Assembly: GCA_050916045.1 (NCBI GenBank)
Contig: CP051526.1
Span: 512,001 to 576,000 of the forward strand
Reading direction: 5' to 3'
DNA: 64,000 nucleotides
From: Tepidisphaera sp.
GTDB taxonomy: Bacteria > Planctomycetota > Phycisphaerae > Phycisphaerales > UBA1924
This document shows positions 39,548 through 50,362 of this stretch, one piece after another. Position 1 is the first letter of the stretch, and every line of letters begins with the position of its first letter. The translations under genes were made by a program, and so were the position numbers. The notes under the pieces were generated by a model that saw nothing but the letters and a program-made list of their open reading frames with translations, did not search any database and was not told where the DNA came from.

Positions 39548-41644
39548 TCAGCACCCCGTCTCGAACGCGAGCACAAACGCGTCGTAGTCGAAGAAGTCCC
39601 CGAACCCGTCCCCGTTGAAGTCCGCCGTCTTCCCCGGCGGGCACACGCCCGTCTCAAAGCACGTCACGTAATCGTCGTAGTCGAAGAAGTCCAGGAACCC
39701 GTCCTCGTTGAAGTCCGCGGGGCAGCTCCGGAACTCGCGAGCCCCCATGTCCACGATCGGAGCAACCCCAAGCCCGATGTCCGTCGTCGCCGGGTCGTCA
39801 AATCGCCGGTCGCGACGCGACAGGTCCAGCGGCGTGACTTCTCCGAGGTTGTTGTCGATGTCGACGTCCGCGAAATCGACCGTGATCCGGCTGTTGTCAC
39901 CCGCGTCGATGCAGGGCGAGTCCGGCTGAAGCGACAGGTCATCATCGGTCGTGCCCACCACGCCGTCCGCGCCGTCTGCATCGACGAAGAGCGGGTTCCG
40001 GCTCGTGCAACCCGGCCCGCGACCGATGTAGTTGGACGGCAATCCCTGAACGGCGGAGTAGTTGACGTTGATCGTCCCCGAGAGCGGGTACATGTTCCCT
40101 TCGAAGGTCGTCGTGCTCGCGTCCGTGTCCGTGTTTCCCCAGAAGATCGAGTTGTCGATCGTCACGGTCGAGCCCGCCGTCGCGACCACGCCGCCGCCGG
40201 CTCCCGACGAGTTGCCCGCGAAGGTGCAGTTGTCGATCCGCGTGTCGTTGAAGGACCCAAACGTCAGGATCGCTCCGCCGTTGACGCCCGCCGTGTTCCC
40301 CGAGAACTCGCAGTTGTAGAACTGGTTCCACCCCGACCCGTTCAGCGAGTAGACCGCGCCGCCGAACGTCCCCGCCGAGTTCCCGATGAACCGGCAGTTC
40401 CCGAACGCCACCTGCGACCCGTTCGCGCCGCGGAAGTACACCGCGCCGCCGAACGTCGGCGTCTCGTTGTTCCTGAACTCGCAGTTCGTGAACCTCGCGA
40501 GCGAACTCGCCGCGAAGAAGGACACCGCTCCGCCCTCGAGCGCGCGGTTGTCGCGAATCAGGCAGTTGCGGATCCGCGGATTCGCACCGTTGATCCAGAT
40601 CGCTCCGCCTCCCGCATCAAACCCGCTCCCGTCCGCGTTGCCGCCCGTGATGACAAACCCGTCCAGAATCGCCGATGAGAATACCGATTCCGCCTCGACC
40701 ACATGGTACGAATTGTCATCGATGTCTCTTGTCCCGATGTTTCCGGAGAGAAACGACGGGTTCCCCTCGATGTTCGTGCGATCCGCGAGGCGGGTTTCGG
40801 TCCCCGCGAACCCACCGTAGATCGCGAGGTTGCTATTCATGCGAAAGCTCGCCGAACGATCAAGCCCGGCGGTCGGCCGATACGTGCCCGCCGCGACCCA
40901 GATCTCCGTCGTCGTGCCGTTGAAGTTCGCCGCCGCGATCGCATCATCAAGCCGCCGCACCGCACGCGACCAACTCGATCCGTCGTTTCCGGGCGCCGTG
41001 TCGTCGACGTAAAGCCGCTGCTCCGTCGCGCCCCGGTACCGAAGCTGCACCCCGCCCACCCGGGCCGTTCCTCCAGCATTGAACACCGTGATCGTCAGCG
41101 TCCCGCCGTTCACCACGACGTTGTGCACCGCGTGCGTCACGCCCGCGGTGAGCGTGTTGCTCCCGGGGCCTCCCGAAACCGACTGCAGCCCCTCCGCCGC
41201 GCCCGTCACGCCCACGTTGCACGAATCAACCCCGAACGGCGAACACGCGTACGTGTACACCGTGTACGTCCCGTTCCGAAGCGAGTTGAACGAAAGCGTC
41301 ATCGTCGTGTTCACGTTCGAGTTCAGCCCGTCCCCGAGCAGCCGGTCGTAGTCCCCCGACGTGCTCGCGCTGTCGAAGAAGTACCCCGAAGCCAGGTTCG
41401 AGACCGTCAGATCCGCCGACGTCGTGCTCCCGTTCGTGTCCGTCAGGTTGGACGCAAACGCCCCGATCCCGAGCGTGTCCCACGTCCCGGGCATGTCCGC
41501 CGCCCCGAGAAAGCTCGTGGATGGCGCTCCCGTCCAGCTTCCCGCCGTCGCGACGTTGAAATCAAGGTTGAAGTTCTGGGCTTGCACGCCCGCAACCGGT
41601 GCCACCGCGATCGCGAGAAAGCACATCGACCGTTTCATGCTCAT
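39548..41644 (-). CDS. Secreted right-handed beta-helix (GGA[IV]/FxxN repeat) protein with double GC-type dockerin-like tag
   Basis: Signal peptide ending VQA|Q; IWVAAGTYRP, IYGGFAGTE, repeats GGAI/GGAV and FxGN; SPCIDAG, VDMGA; C-terminal tag ending ETGC*. Confidence 0.88.
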   Translation of the reverse strand: MSMKRSMCFLAIAVAPVAGVQAQNFNLDFNVATAGSWTGAPSTSFLGAADMPGTWDTLGIGAFASNLTDTNGSTTSADLTVSNLASGYFFDSASTSGDYDRLLGDGLNSNVNTTMTLSFNSLRNGTYTVYTYACSPFGVDSCNVGVTGAAEGLQSVSGGPGSNTLTAGVTHAVHNVVVNGGTLTITVFNAGGTARVGGVQLRYRGATEQRLYVDDTAPGNDGSSWSRAVRRLDDAIAAANFNGTTTEIWVAAGTYRPTAGLDRSASFRMNSNLAIYGGFAGTETRLADRTNIEGNPSFLSGNIGTRDIDDNSYHVVEAESVFSSAILDGFVITGGNADGSGFDAGGGAIWINGANPRIRNCLIRDNRALEGGAVSFFAASSLARFTNCEFRNNETPTFGGAVYFRGANGSQVAFGNCRFIGNSAGTFGGAVYSLNGSGWNQFYNCEFSGNTAGVNGGAILTFGSFNDTRIDNCTFAGNSSGAGGGVVATAGSTVTIDNSIFWGNTDTDASTTTFEGNMYPLSGTINVNYSAVQGLPSNYIGRGPGCTSRNPLFVDADGADGVVGTTDDDLSLQPDSPCIDAGDNSRITVDFADVDIDNNLGEVTPLDLSRRDRRFDDPATTDIGLGVAPIVDMGAREFRSCPADFNEDGFLDFFDYDDYVTCFETGVCPPGKTADFNGDGFGDFFDYDAFVLAFETGC

Positions 41645-41722
41645 GAGGAATGACTCCAAAGGGGGACTATCGGACAAGCGTTCAATGCCGCGCCCGGGGC
41701 CGGTTTTTCCCGCCTCCAAAGA

Positions 41723-41750
41723 CGAACCCCGCGCCTTCGCGCGGGGTTCG
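41723..41750 (-). terminator. Terminator hairpin downstream of 41777..43288
   Basis: CGAACCCCGCGC-cttc-GCGCGGGGTTCG, followed by TCTTT on the minus strand. Confidence 0.7.
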
Positions 41751-41776
41751 GGTTCAGTCAGCATCAATCACCAAGC

Positions 41777-43288
41777 TCAGCACCCCGCCTCGAACGCCTG
41801 AACGAAGTCGTCGTAGTCGAAGAAGTCCACGAAGTCGTCCCCGTTGAAGTCCGCGGTCTTGCCGGGGGGGCAGGTGCCCGTCTCGAAGCAGTTGACGTAA
41901 TCGTCGTAGTCGAAGAAGTCCAGGAAGTTGTCCCCGTTGAAGTCCGCCGGGCACGGGGCAGAGAAGCTGATGTTCAGCGTGCCCGTTCCTCGAGCCGACA
42001 GGTACCCACCCACGCGGATCCCGTACTCGCGGCCCGCGACGACCGGATAGTTCTCGATCCGCGACTGGAAGCCGCAACCATCGTCATTGCACGTGAGGTA
42101 CGTCGGGCGTCCGATCTGGCACGGCGTGCCGGAGTAGAGCGCGAGCTTGGTGTCAAACCCCGAGCCGCAGGTGTCGATCGTGATCGTCCCGCTTTCCGTC
42201 GCCGTGTACACGTACCACAGATCCCCGTTCACCTGGTTGTCGACGCCGTTGTTCGTGCACTGCGAGAGCAGGGGCCCGTCCGTCGTCGCGAACCGGTTGT
42301 CGAAGGGGTACGAACCCACGGTCACGCCCAGAGCCTCTTCGCACTCGTTGTTCACCGGGCCCAAGTTCAGCTGGAAGTTCCCCGTCGCGTCGTCATACCC
42401 CGACACGCGGATGTAGTAGGTTTCCCCATCCACGGCGTTGACCGTCACCGAGCTGCTACGAGAGCCTGAGCACGCCGTCCCCGCGTCCGCATCGTCATCG
42501 CACGCGATCTGCGTCCCCGTCCCGCTCGGGCAGGAGTTCGTGTCGTAAACCGAAAGGACGGTGTCGTACGACGAGCCGCACGTCGAGATCACGATCGGAC
42601 CCGTCGCGGCCGCGACCCACTTGTACCACACGCTCGGCGTGAACTGGCTGCTCCCGCACGTCGCGTTGCCGTCAAGGCTCGCGTGCGTGGTCGAACCGCG
42701 TTGCACGCCCGGCGTGATCACGCGGGCGAACTGACACCGGTCGTTGCCCGGCCGGAACTGGATGTTGTACCCGCCGCTCATGTCGCCGTACGGGAGGAAC
42801 GCGTTCAGCTCGAGCTTGTACTGCCCGGCCTGGATGTGCACCAGATTCGGAGACTGGCCGCCCACCACGTACCCGTTGGTCACGCGGTTCCGCATCGCAA
42901 GCTCGATGAACCCGCCGGGGGAGTTCAGCGAGTAACCCCCGCCGTACTCCACGTCCAGATCGGTATCCGAGTCGAAATTCACAAGGAGCGTCGCTTCCGC
43001 GTTGCCCGCCTGACCCTGCGACTGCGCGAACGACTGGCCGCTGAACGAGCCAGAGAGAAGCCAGTTCGTCAGGCCCCAGTTGTTGCTCGCCTCAACATGG
43101 CCGCCGTTGCTGAAGTTCTTGGTGGCGCTCAGGGTCGCGCCCGAGGTGCTCGCCGACGTCTGCTGGTTCGTCCCCGAACCGTCGCCGGCCGTCGCCCGGG
43201 CGGCCGCCGAAGCCGAAACCACCGTCACCTGACCAAAAGCCGTGCCCGCCGTCGCCGCCAGAAGAATCGCCGCAGTCATCGTCCGCAT
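41777..43288 (-). CDS. Secreted Cys-rich protein with two PPC-like repeats and double GC-type dockerin-like tag
   Basis: Signal peptide ending AFG|Q; two repeats (N.C..A...WY...TCGS.(Y/F)DT.L..Y...C.DD.....S...IRV.GY); tag ending EAGC*. Confidence 0.85.
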   Translation of the reverse strand: MRTMTAAILLAATAGTAFGQVTVVSASAAARATAGDGSGTNQQTSASTSGATLSATKNFSNGGHVEASNNWGLTNWLLSGSFSGQSFAQSQGQAGNAEATLLVNFDSDTDLDVEYGGGYSLNSPGGFIELAMRNRVTNGYVVGGQSPNLVHIQAGQYKLELNAFLPYGDMSGGYNIQFRPGNDRCQFARVITPGVQRGSTTHASLDGNATCGSSQFTPSVWYKWVAAATGPIVISTCGSSYDTVLSVYDTNSCPSGTGTQIACDDDADAGTACSGSRSSSVTVNAVDGETYYIRVSGYDDATGNFQLNLGPVNNECEEALGVTVGSYPFDNRFATTDGPLLSQCTNNGVDNQVNGDLWYVYTATESGTITIDTCGSGFDTKLALYSGTPCQIGRPTYLTCNDDGCGFQSRIENYPVVAGREYGIRVGGYLSARGTGTLNISFSAPCPADFNGDNFLDFFDYDDYVNCFETGTCPPGKTADFNGDDFVDFFDYDDFVQAFEAGC

Positions 43289-43419
43289 GGGTGCTCTCCG
43301 TGTGTCTCTGAGATCGCAAATCGCGTCCCGTGCACACAGTGGCGAGCACCCGACCCCGTCAAGCTAGTCATTCCGGACGAATCTGGACGCCGGGGGTTCC
43401 CCGTGGGCCGCTGGTCGGA

Positions 43420-45225
43420 CTACTTCTTCTCCCACCACCGCCAGACCGGGCCCCCGTCCGCCGTCAGCTTCTCTCCCTTGATCCCGGCCCGGATCAGCTC
43501 GATCGGGATCGAGTTGTACTGCAGCACGCCGTCGTGGAACGCCTTCTCCGTCATCCCCGGCACCACTTCCGCCTGCAGCGCCCGCATCTGAAGCCCGCCG
43601 ATCATGTACGCGCACTGATAAAGCGGGGAATAGTCGCCCCCGATGTACCGCCGCACCTCGCTCGTCGCTCCAAACCGCTCGTGTCCGACGCGATCAACCA
43701 GGTACGTGATCATCTCTTCCGGCGACATCTCACCCAGGTGGTACTTGAGGCTCACGATGATCCGCGCGCACCGGTGCATCCGCCAGAACAGAATCCCGAT
43801 CTTGTCCATGTTCACGTCGGCACCCATCGCCCCCGCCCAGCCAAGGTCCAGGAACCGGAACTCCCAGTAAAGAGCCCACCCCTCGATCAGGAACGGCGTC
43901 GAGAACTCCTGGCGATACGCACGCACACGCTCCGCGTAGAACCCCTGCAGGTGGTGCCCCGGGATGAGCTCATGCGGCGTCACGTTGTGCGTGAAGTGGC
44001 GGTTGTTGCCGCGGAGCGACATCAGCTTGTCGCCGTGGCTCATCGCGTCCGTCGGATACGACACCCCCATGTACTGCCCGCCGTACACCGCAAACGGCCA
44101 GTTGCGCTGCAGTTCCGGCGTGTGCATCTCGATCCGCCAAGACTCCTCGCAAAGCTCGGGGATCGTGATCAGGTCGCGGTCGCGGAGGAACTTGATCGCC
44201 GCTCGCGATTGGTCGCGGACAAGGGTGTCCTGCGATCCGATCGGAGCGCCGCTCCGCTTCACTTTCGCCAGCGCCGCTTTCCAGTCATCCCCGAACCCCA
44301 AAGCGTTGCTGGCTTTCTTCATCTCCGCTTCGCACCAAGCGAACTCGGACTCGGCCATCTGGACAAACTCTTCCGGCGTCGCCGCGACGTGTTCCGCTTT
44401 GAGGTCCGCGAGCAGCGCTTCGCGTCCGATCGGGTCGCCGATCAGCGGGTCGTCCGGCTTGCCCTTGACGCCGGCGATCTCCTCGCGCATGTACTTGGCG
44501 TAATCGTTCAGAGCCGTCTCGACCTGCGGCTTGATCTCCTTCATCCACCAGGAGAACTCCGGCTTGAACCCCTCGTTGTACTCGCACCAGTCGCGGAACG
44601 CTCCGAGGACACGCTCCGTCGTTCTCGACACGCGGAGCGCAAGCACCGGCGAAACCTTCAGGGCGTCCGGAGCGGCGCCGGCTTTCCGGCCGGCTTCGAC
44701 CGCTTCCTTGGCTTTCTTCACCAAGTCTGCGACCGTGCTGAGCTTCTCCGCCGCCGCGGCACCGTCAAACTCCTCAAGCCGGCGCCGCGACCACTCCAAG
44801 TCCTGGATCGCCCGCCGGAACGGGAGCAGCGGCTCCATCTCGTTCAGTCGGTCACGGTCCAGCTTCAGCCGCGCCAGCCGATTCTCCAGCGAGTTCCGAA
44901 GCAGGATGTAGTCGATCTTCCCCTGCTGCCCCAAGCTCTCAAAGTTCACCTTCTTCAGCGACGCTTGCCATTGCTCGACAAACGCCTGCTGCCGATCAAA
45001 CCGCTCCTCCGACCACGCCACCCCGTGAAACCGCGACACGTACCGGTCGTCGGTCGTGAAAAGCTCGATCATCGCCCGCAGGTCCGGGCCGTCGCTTGCC
45101 GGAACGGCGATCGTGCCCAGAGGACCAGCAGTCTCTGACTGCGCCGCGGGTTGATCGGCGAACGCGGTGCCGCACGCGAACGCGAGCACGGCGGGAAGGA
45201 ACAGAAAGCTATTGTGGATTCGCAT
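43420..45225 (-). CDS. DUF885-family protein (secreted, metallopeptidase-like)
   Basis: Signal peptide; HELIPGHHLQ, EGWALYWE, HRCARIIV, EVRRY, AYMIG. Confidence 0.9.
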   Translation of the reverse strand: MRIHNSFLFLPAVLAFACGTAFADQPAAQSETAGPLGTIAVPASDGPDLRAMIELFTTDDRYVSRFHGVAWSEERFDRQQAFVEQWQASLKKVNFESLGQQGKIDYILLRNSLENRLARLKLDRDRLNEMEPLLPFRRAIQDLEWSRRRLEEFDGAAAAEKLSTVADLVKKAKEAVEAGRKAGAAPDALKVSPVLALRVSRTTERVLGAFRDWCEYNEGFKPEFSWWMKEIKPQVETALNDYAKYMREEIAGVKGKPDDPLIGDPIGREALLADLKAEHVAATPEEFVQMAESEFAWCEAEMKKASNALGFGDDWKAALAKVKRSGAPIGSQDTLVRDQSRAAIKFLRDRDLITIPELCEESWRIEMHTPELQRNWPFAVYGGQYMGVSYPTDAMSHGDKLMSLRGNNRHFTHNVTPHELIPGHHLQGFYAERVRAYRQEFSTPFLIEGWALYWEFRFLDLGWAGAMGADVNMDKIGILFWRMHRCARIIVSLKYHLGEMSPEEMITYLVDRVGHERFGATSEVRRYIGGDYSPLYQCAYMIGGLQMRALQAEVVPGMTEKAFHDGVLQYNSIPIELIRAGIKGEKLTADGGPVWRWWEKK

Positions 45226-45257
45226 GGTTTCACCAAGTTTCGACAGCAGGAGGAAAG

Positions 45258-46244
45258 CTACTTCGCCACGGGCTTCTGGCGCTCGAAGGTCATCTCCGTC
45301 ACGACTTTCTGCTTCATCTTGAACGGCTCGGGCCCGTCACGGAGCGTCATCTCAAGGTTGGCTTCGGCTTTCATCGAGGAATGCAGCGGCATCGGCGAAT
45401 CCGAAGTCAGCCGGACCTTGCCGCTGCCGGCACCGACGAGAGACTCAAGCGTGATGTCCGATTTGGGAGCGCCCTCGGGCAGCTTGATCTTCTGAGACGC
45501 CGCGCTCTGCGACATCGTCACATCGCACACGACTTCGTCCGCCGTCATGGACCTGATGGTGTAGATCGCGGTGATCTCTTGCGTGAATCCGCCGATCCGG
45601 GGCTTCTGAAGCACGCTCCATCTGGCGCCCACGCCGACCTCCTCCTCAGGCACCGGCAGCGAAGCTTGACGGATCGACTGGTTCATCGAATCCAAGAGCT
45701 GCGCCATCGAAGGCTCCAGGTTGTCGCCCCCGAACTTGCCTTCTTTCACGATGCCGCGGTTGGTCGCGACGACCGTGCCTTTCATGCCTCCGGCTTGCTT
45801 CATCGCCGCGTTGATCATCTCAATCCGTTGGGGTTCCACGCCCTCTTCCGCGACCGCTTCAAACTTCTCGAAGACCGCCGTGTAGTGGATGTCCCCCGAA
45901 TCGTCCACCTTGTCGATGACGACTTTCATCGGCACCCTGATCGCCGGAGATTTGCCCGCATCCGGCATCGGCATCTCCTCGCCGCTCTCCTTCTTGAGCG
46001 AGATCGTCATGTTCATGCGGATCAGGATTTCCCAGGACATTTCCGAACCCGCCGTGGGCGTGAAGCGGAGGCGCCGCCGACCCTCCGGCGTGCCGGGCTC
46101 GAGAAGCTTGATGACCGGCTGATCCACCAATGCGGGTGCCTTCGCCGCCTCCGCCGGCGGTCCGGAAGGGACTTTGGTCTCCGGCTGGACCGCATGGATG
46201 CGGCCCGCGATCGCGAGGGTGAAAATCAGTGCCTGACGCCACAT
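45258..46244 (-). CDS. Exported hypothetical protein (DUF6263-like)
   Basis: Signal peptide; KLLEPG...LRF and PVPEEEVGVGARWSV motifs. Confidence 0.65.
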   Translation of the reverse strand: MWRQALIFTLAIAGRIHAVQPETKVPSGPPAEAAKAPALVDQPVIKLLEPGTPEGRRRLRFTPTAGSEMSWEILIRMNMTISLKKESGEEMPMPDAGKSPAIRVPMKVVIDKVDDSGDIHYTAVFEKFEAVAEEGVEPQRIEMINAAMKQAGGMKGTVVATNRGIVKEGKFGGDNLEPSMAQLLDSMNQSIRQASLPVPEEEVGVGARWSVLQKPRIGGFTQEITAIYTIRSMTADEVVCDVTMSQSAASQKIKLPEGAPKSDITLESLVGAGSGKVRLTSDSPMPLHSSMKAEANLEMTLRDGPEPFKMKQKVVTEMTFERQKPVAK

Positions 46245-46338
46245 CGTTCGATCTCCTCATGCCGGATGCCCAAGGGGCGATCTGGGCTGGGCAGTGTACC
46301 ACCTGCCTATGGCGATCCCCTAGAATCGCCACCCACGG

Positions 46339-46412
46339 GTCCCGGTAGCTCAGCTGGATAGAGCAGCCGCCTTCTAAGCGGCAGGTCGTGCGTTCGAGTC
46401 GCACCCGGGACG
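46339..46412 (+). tRNA. tRNA-Arg (anticodon TCT), CCA not encoded
   Basis: Cloverleaf: GTCCCGG/CCGGGAC acceptor, GCTC/GAGC D arm, GCCGC-CT TCT AA-GCGGC anticodon arm, GTGCG-TTCGAGT-CGCAC T arm. Confidence 0.97.
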
Positions 46413-46510
46413 CTTTCCTCCAAAGCACACCCAAACCCAAGCCCTTCGAGGAGTCTCTCGCGCCGCACGACGACGTTCAGCCCCCCGGCCCGTCGCTCCA
46501 GTCGCTCCAC

Positions 46511-46777
46511 TTGGGCCTGCTCGTCGCTTCCGCCGCGATGGGCGCGGCGTCGCTCGTGCTCCAGAATGTGACGATCGCCGGCGCGGACCCGTCCAGGGAC
46601 GACCGAGTCCGTCAGTTTGCCGCGATCGTCGCCGGCATCGGCTTTCTCTTCGCGATCGCCTGGGCGATCGCGGGCCTTGGAGGACGAACCAAGCGATCCG
46701 CCGCCGCCTGGACTTGGTCGATCGCAGTCTTGGGAGCCGCCGCTGCAGTCCTGGCCTTGAGCTTGATGGGGCATTGA
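46511..46777 (+). CDS. Small hypothetical membrane protein (three hydrophobic segments)
   Basis: 3' part of ORF 46388..46777 with GC-type codon usage and three TM-like stretches. Start uncertain. Confidence 0.45.
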   Translation: MGLLVASAAMGAASLVLQNVTIAGADPSRDDRVRQFAAIVAGIGFLFAIAWAIAGLGGRTKRSAAAWTWSIAVLGAAAAVLALSLMGH

Positions 46778-46886
46778 GCTGGACGGAAATTCAGACTGGT
46801 GGACGTGTCCAGACCCCTGAATCCAAGAGTGGGGGGCCTTCGCCCGTGGGCAAGCAGCCCTGTCGGCCAGGCGAGATTCCGAATCC

Positions 46887-46920
46887 AAAACGAAAACACC
46901 CGCGATTTCTCGCGGGTGTT
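46887..46920 (-). terminator. Terminator closing the 16S rRNA transcript
   Basis: AACACCCGCGA-gaaa-TCGCGGGTGTT followed by TTCGTTTT on the minus strand. Confidence 0.8.
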
Positions 46921-47117
46921 CCGGGCCTTCGGCCATGGATCAGAAACAGTTGGGAGAATTTTGATCATCCGTCACCGGATGTTTGTCCTAGGCCTCGCGG
47001 CTTTCGGACGAGAGTGTGTTGACCTGTCCTGCTGAAGATCTCTCTTCTGGGCCGGCCTGTCGGGGTTGGGCTTCACGCCGTCCCGATGCAAACCGAACCC
47101 GCAGGTCCAAGGAAATC

Positions 47118-48603
<1,486 letters not shown>

Positions 48604-48981
48604 GAATTTTGTTGATCCGTGTCCCCTTGCGGGAAACCCGGCAAACTTCAGCTGAATGACCATGTATAACCCTCACTTGCGTGAGGGCGGTCACGATCGG
48701 TCTTGCGACCGACCGCCCGTGAGAGCGGCTGGCTCTCACGGTAATTCTTGAACATCTTCATCCACAACCTCCGGGGGGGAGGAGTGGATGTTTTCCACAC
48801 GATTTCAAGTGAATCAGGGCTGTGAATCCCCGATTGACCAACCGGTCCTCACCCTTGCGGGTGGGCCGGGGATCATCAACCACGACTGTTCCGGTCAGAA
48901 CGCCAAGGCCTACTCCCTTGCGGGCGTGGCGACCTTGGATGTCGCGGTTGCACACTCTCGTGTTTCTCCCAACTGTTCAGA

Positions 48982-48992
48982 TTTCAAAGAGT
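48982..48992 (-). promoter_or_regulatory. boxA-like antitermination element in the rRNA leader
   Basis: Minus strand ACTCTTTGAAA, similar to GCTCTTTAACA, shortly downstream of the promoter. Confidence 0.6.
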
Positions 48993-49049
48993 TGTCGACT
49001 CGCCGGCCCTTGCGGCCGTCGTGTCGTCCCCGCTCGGAGCAGGGAGAGA

Positions 49050-49077
49050 AGCATACTCCGCACCCCGGCCGCGTCAA
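49050..49077 (-). promoter_or_regulatory. Sigma-70 promoter of the 16S gene
   Basis: Minus strand TTGACG-N16-TATGCT; a 16-bp spacer is typical of rRNA promoters. Confidence 0.75.
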
Positions 49078-49228
49078 GCGTTCGGCGTGAGTGATTTCGC
49101 GTTTTCTTCCCCGAGCCCGCCCCATCCCCAGATTCTTCAAAGATTTGCGCGCTTTCGACCCTTTTTACCCCCCTCCGACACCTCCGCCGCTCACCGGTTT
49201 GGGCGGATCCAATCCGTTCAGAATCCTA

Positions 49229-50233
49229 TCAGACTGCTCCATCCTCGGCCCACGCCAGCGGCCTTCGCCGTGAGGAAGCCACACCCGCCACCGCCGACCA
49301 GATCTCAAGCTCCCCGCCAGGCAGCTTCCACCCCCGCCGCAGCGTTCCGCACGCTTCCAGCATCGTCGCTCCCGTCGTCCTGACATCATCCAGCACGATC
49401 GCCACGCGGATCCCCTCCGGTAAACCAAGCCGGCACACAAAGCTCCCCTTCACGTTCCTCCGCCGCTCCGACGCCGACACCGCCAACTGCGAGGGGCGAA
49501 GCTTGCGGCCCAAGGCGTGCACCACCGGCACGCCGCACACCTGCGAAGCCGATCTCGCCAAGACCTGCGTGTGGTCGATGCCGCGCCACACCCGTCGCCA
49601 GAACGAGGATGAGATCGGCACGATGCAGCACTCCGCCCGCTCGACGCCCGCCCGGTCGAGCTCGCCCGCGAGAGCCGCTCCGAGCATGCTCCCGATTTCC
49701 CTTCCCACGGGGCGCCAGCGGCGGAACTTGAGCTCGTGCACGGCCCGGCGAAGCAGCCCGTAATAGTCACCAAGGCGCACGCACCTCGTCCACGGCAGCC
49801 GTTTGCGCTCGCACGCGGGGCATCCGGAGGTTCCGGCATCGCCGGCTTCGGGAATCGCAAGCTCGTACAAGCCCACGCGAGATCCGCAGCGGGGGCAGTA
49901 CGTCCCGTTCGAATCGGGAGCCCATCCGTGCTTGCGAGCCCGCTCGATGAACCCTTGCGAGGTGAGCCCAAGCCAGTATCGCTCGACTTGGTCGAGCCAG
50001 CCCGCAGACGGCGTCGGTTGGGGCGAGGGATCAAGCCCGACAAGCTCGGCCGGAACGTCGACGTAGGTGCGATCTGGATCCCGCGACGATCCGGGGATCT
50101 TCCACCGGATCGAGTCCTGAGCTTCGACGGGCTTGGGGGGCCAGACGAGTCGGTCCGGCGAACGACCTGATCCCGCGTTCATGTCACGCGGATCGGTCGG
50201 ATTCGCATCAGGGGATGGCGGACTTCCAGACAC
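49229..50233 (-). CDS. comF: ComF-family protein (zinc ribbon plus phosphoribosyltransferase domain)
   Basis: CPRCG...CPAC, LRRAVHELKF, RRVWRGIDHT, ERRRNV, VLDDVRTTGATM. Start uncertain. Confidence 0.85.
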   Translation of the reverse strand: MSGSPPSPDANPTDPRDMNAGSGRSPDRLVWPPKPVEAQDSIRWKIPGSSRDPDRTYVDVPAELVGLDPSPQPTPSAGWLDQVERYWLGLTSQGFIERARKHGWAPDSNGTYCPRCGSRVGLYELAIPEAGDAGTSGCPACERKRLPWTRCVRLGDYYGLLRRAVHELKFRRWRPVGREIGSMLGAALAGELDRAGVERAECCIVPISSSFWRRVWRGIDHTQVLARSASQVCGVPVVHALGRKLRPSQLAVSASERRRNVKGSFVCRLGLPEGIRVAIVLDDVRTTGATMLEACGTLRRGWKLPGGELEIWSAVAGVASSRRRPLAWAEDGAV

Positions 50234-50362
50234 AAAGGCCCCGCCGGCCGTGTGTTGAACCGACGGGGCGAGAGGAGGACTGGGCTGGTGGCCGCGGCTT
50301 GGTCAAGCGGGCGACCGATCTCTCGCTGACACCAGTGTATACGGATTCAGGTGTATCAGGAT

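Noticed and set aside
46339..46412. tRNA-Arg as an integration site of a genomic island
   Set aside because: No integrase and no duplicate of the tRNA 3' end seen in the window.
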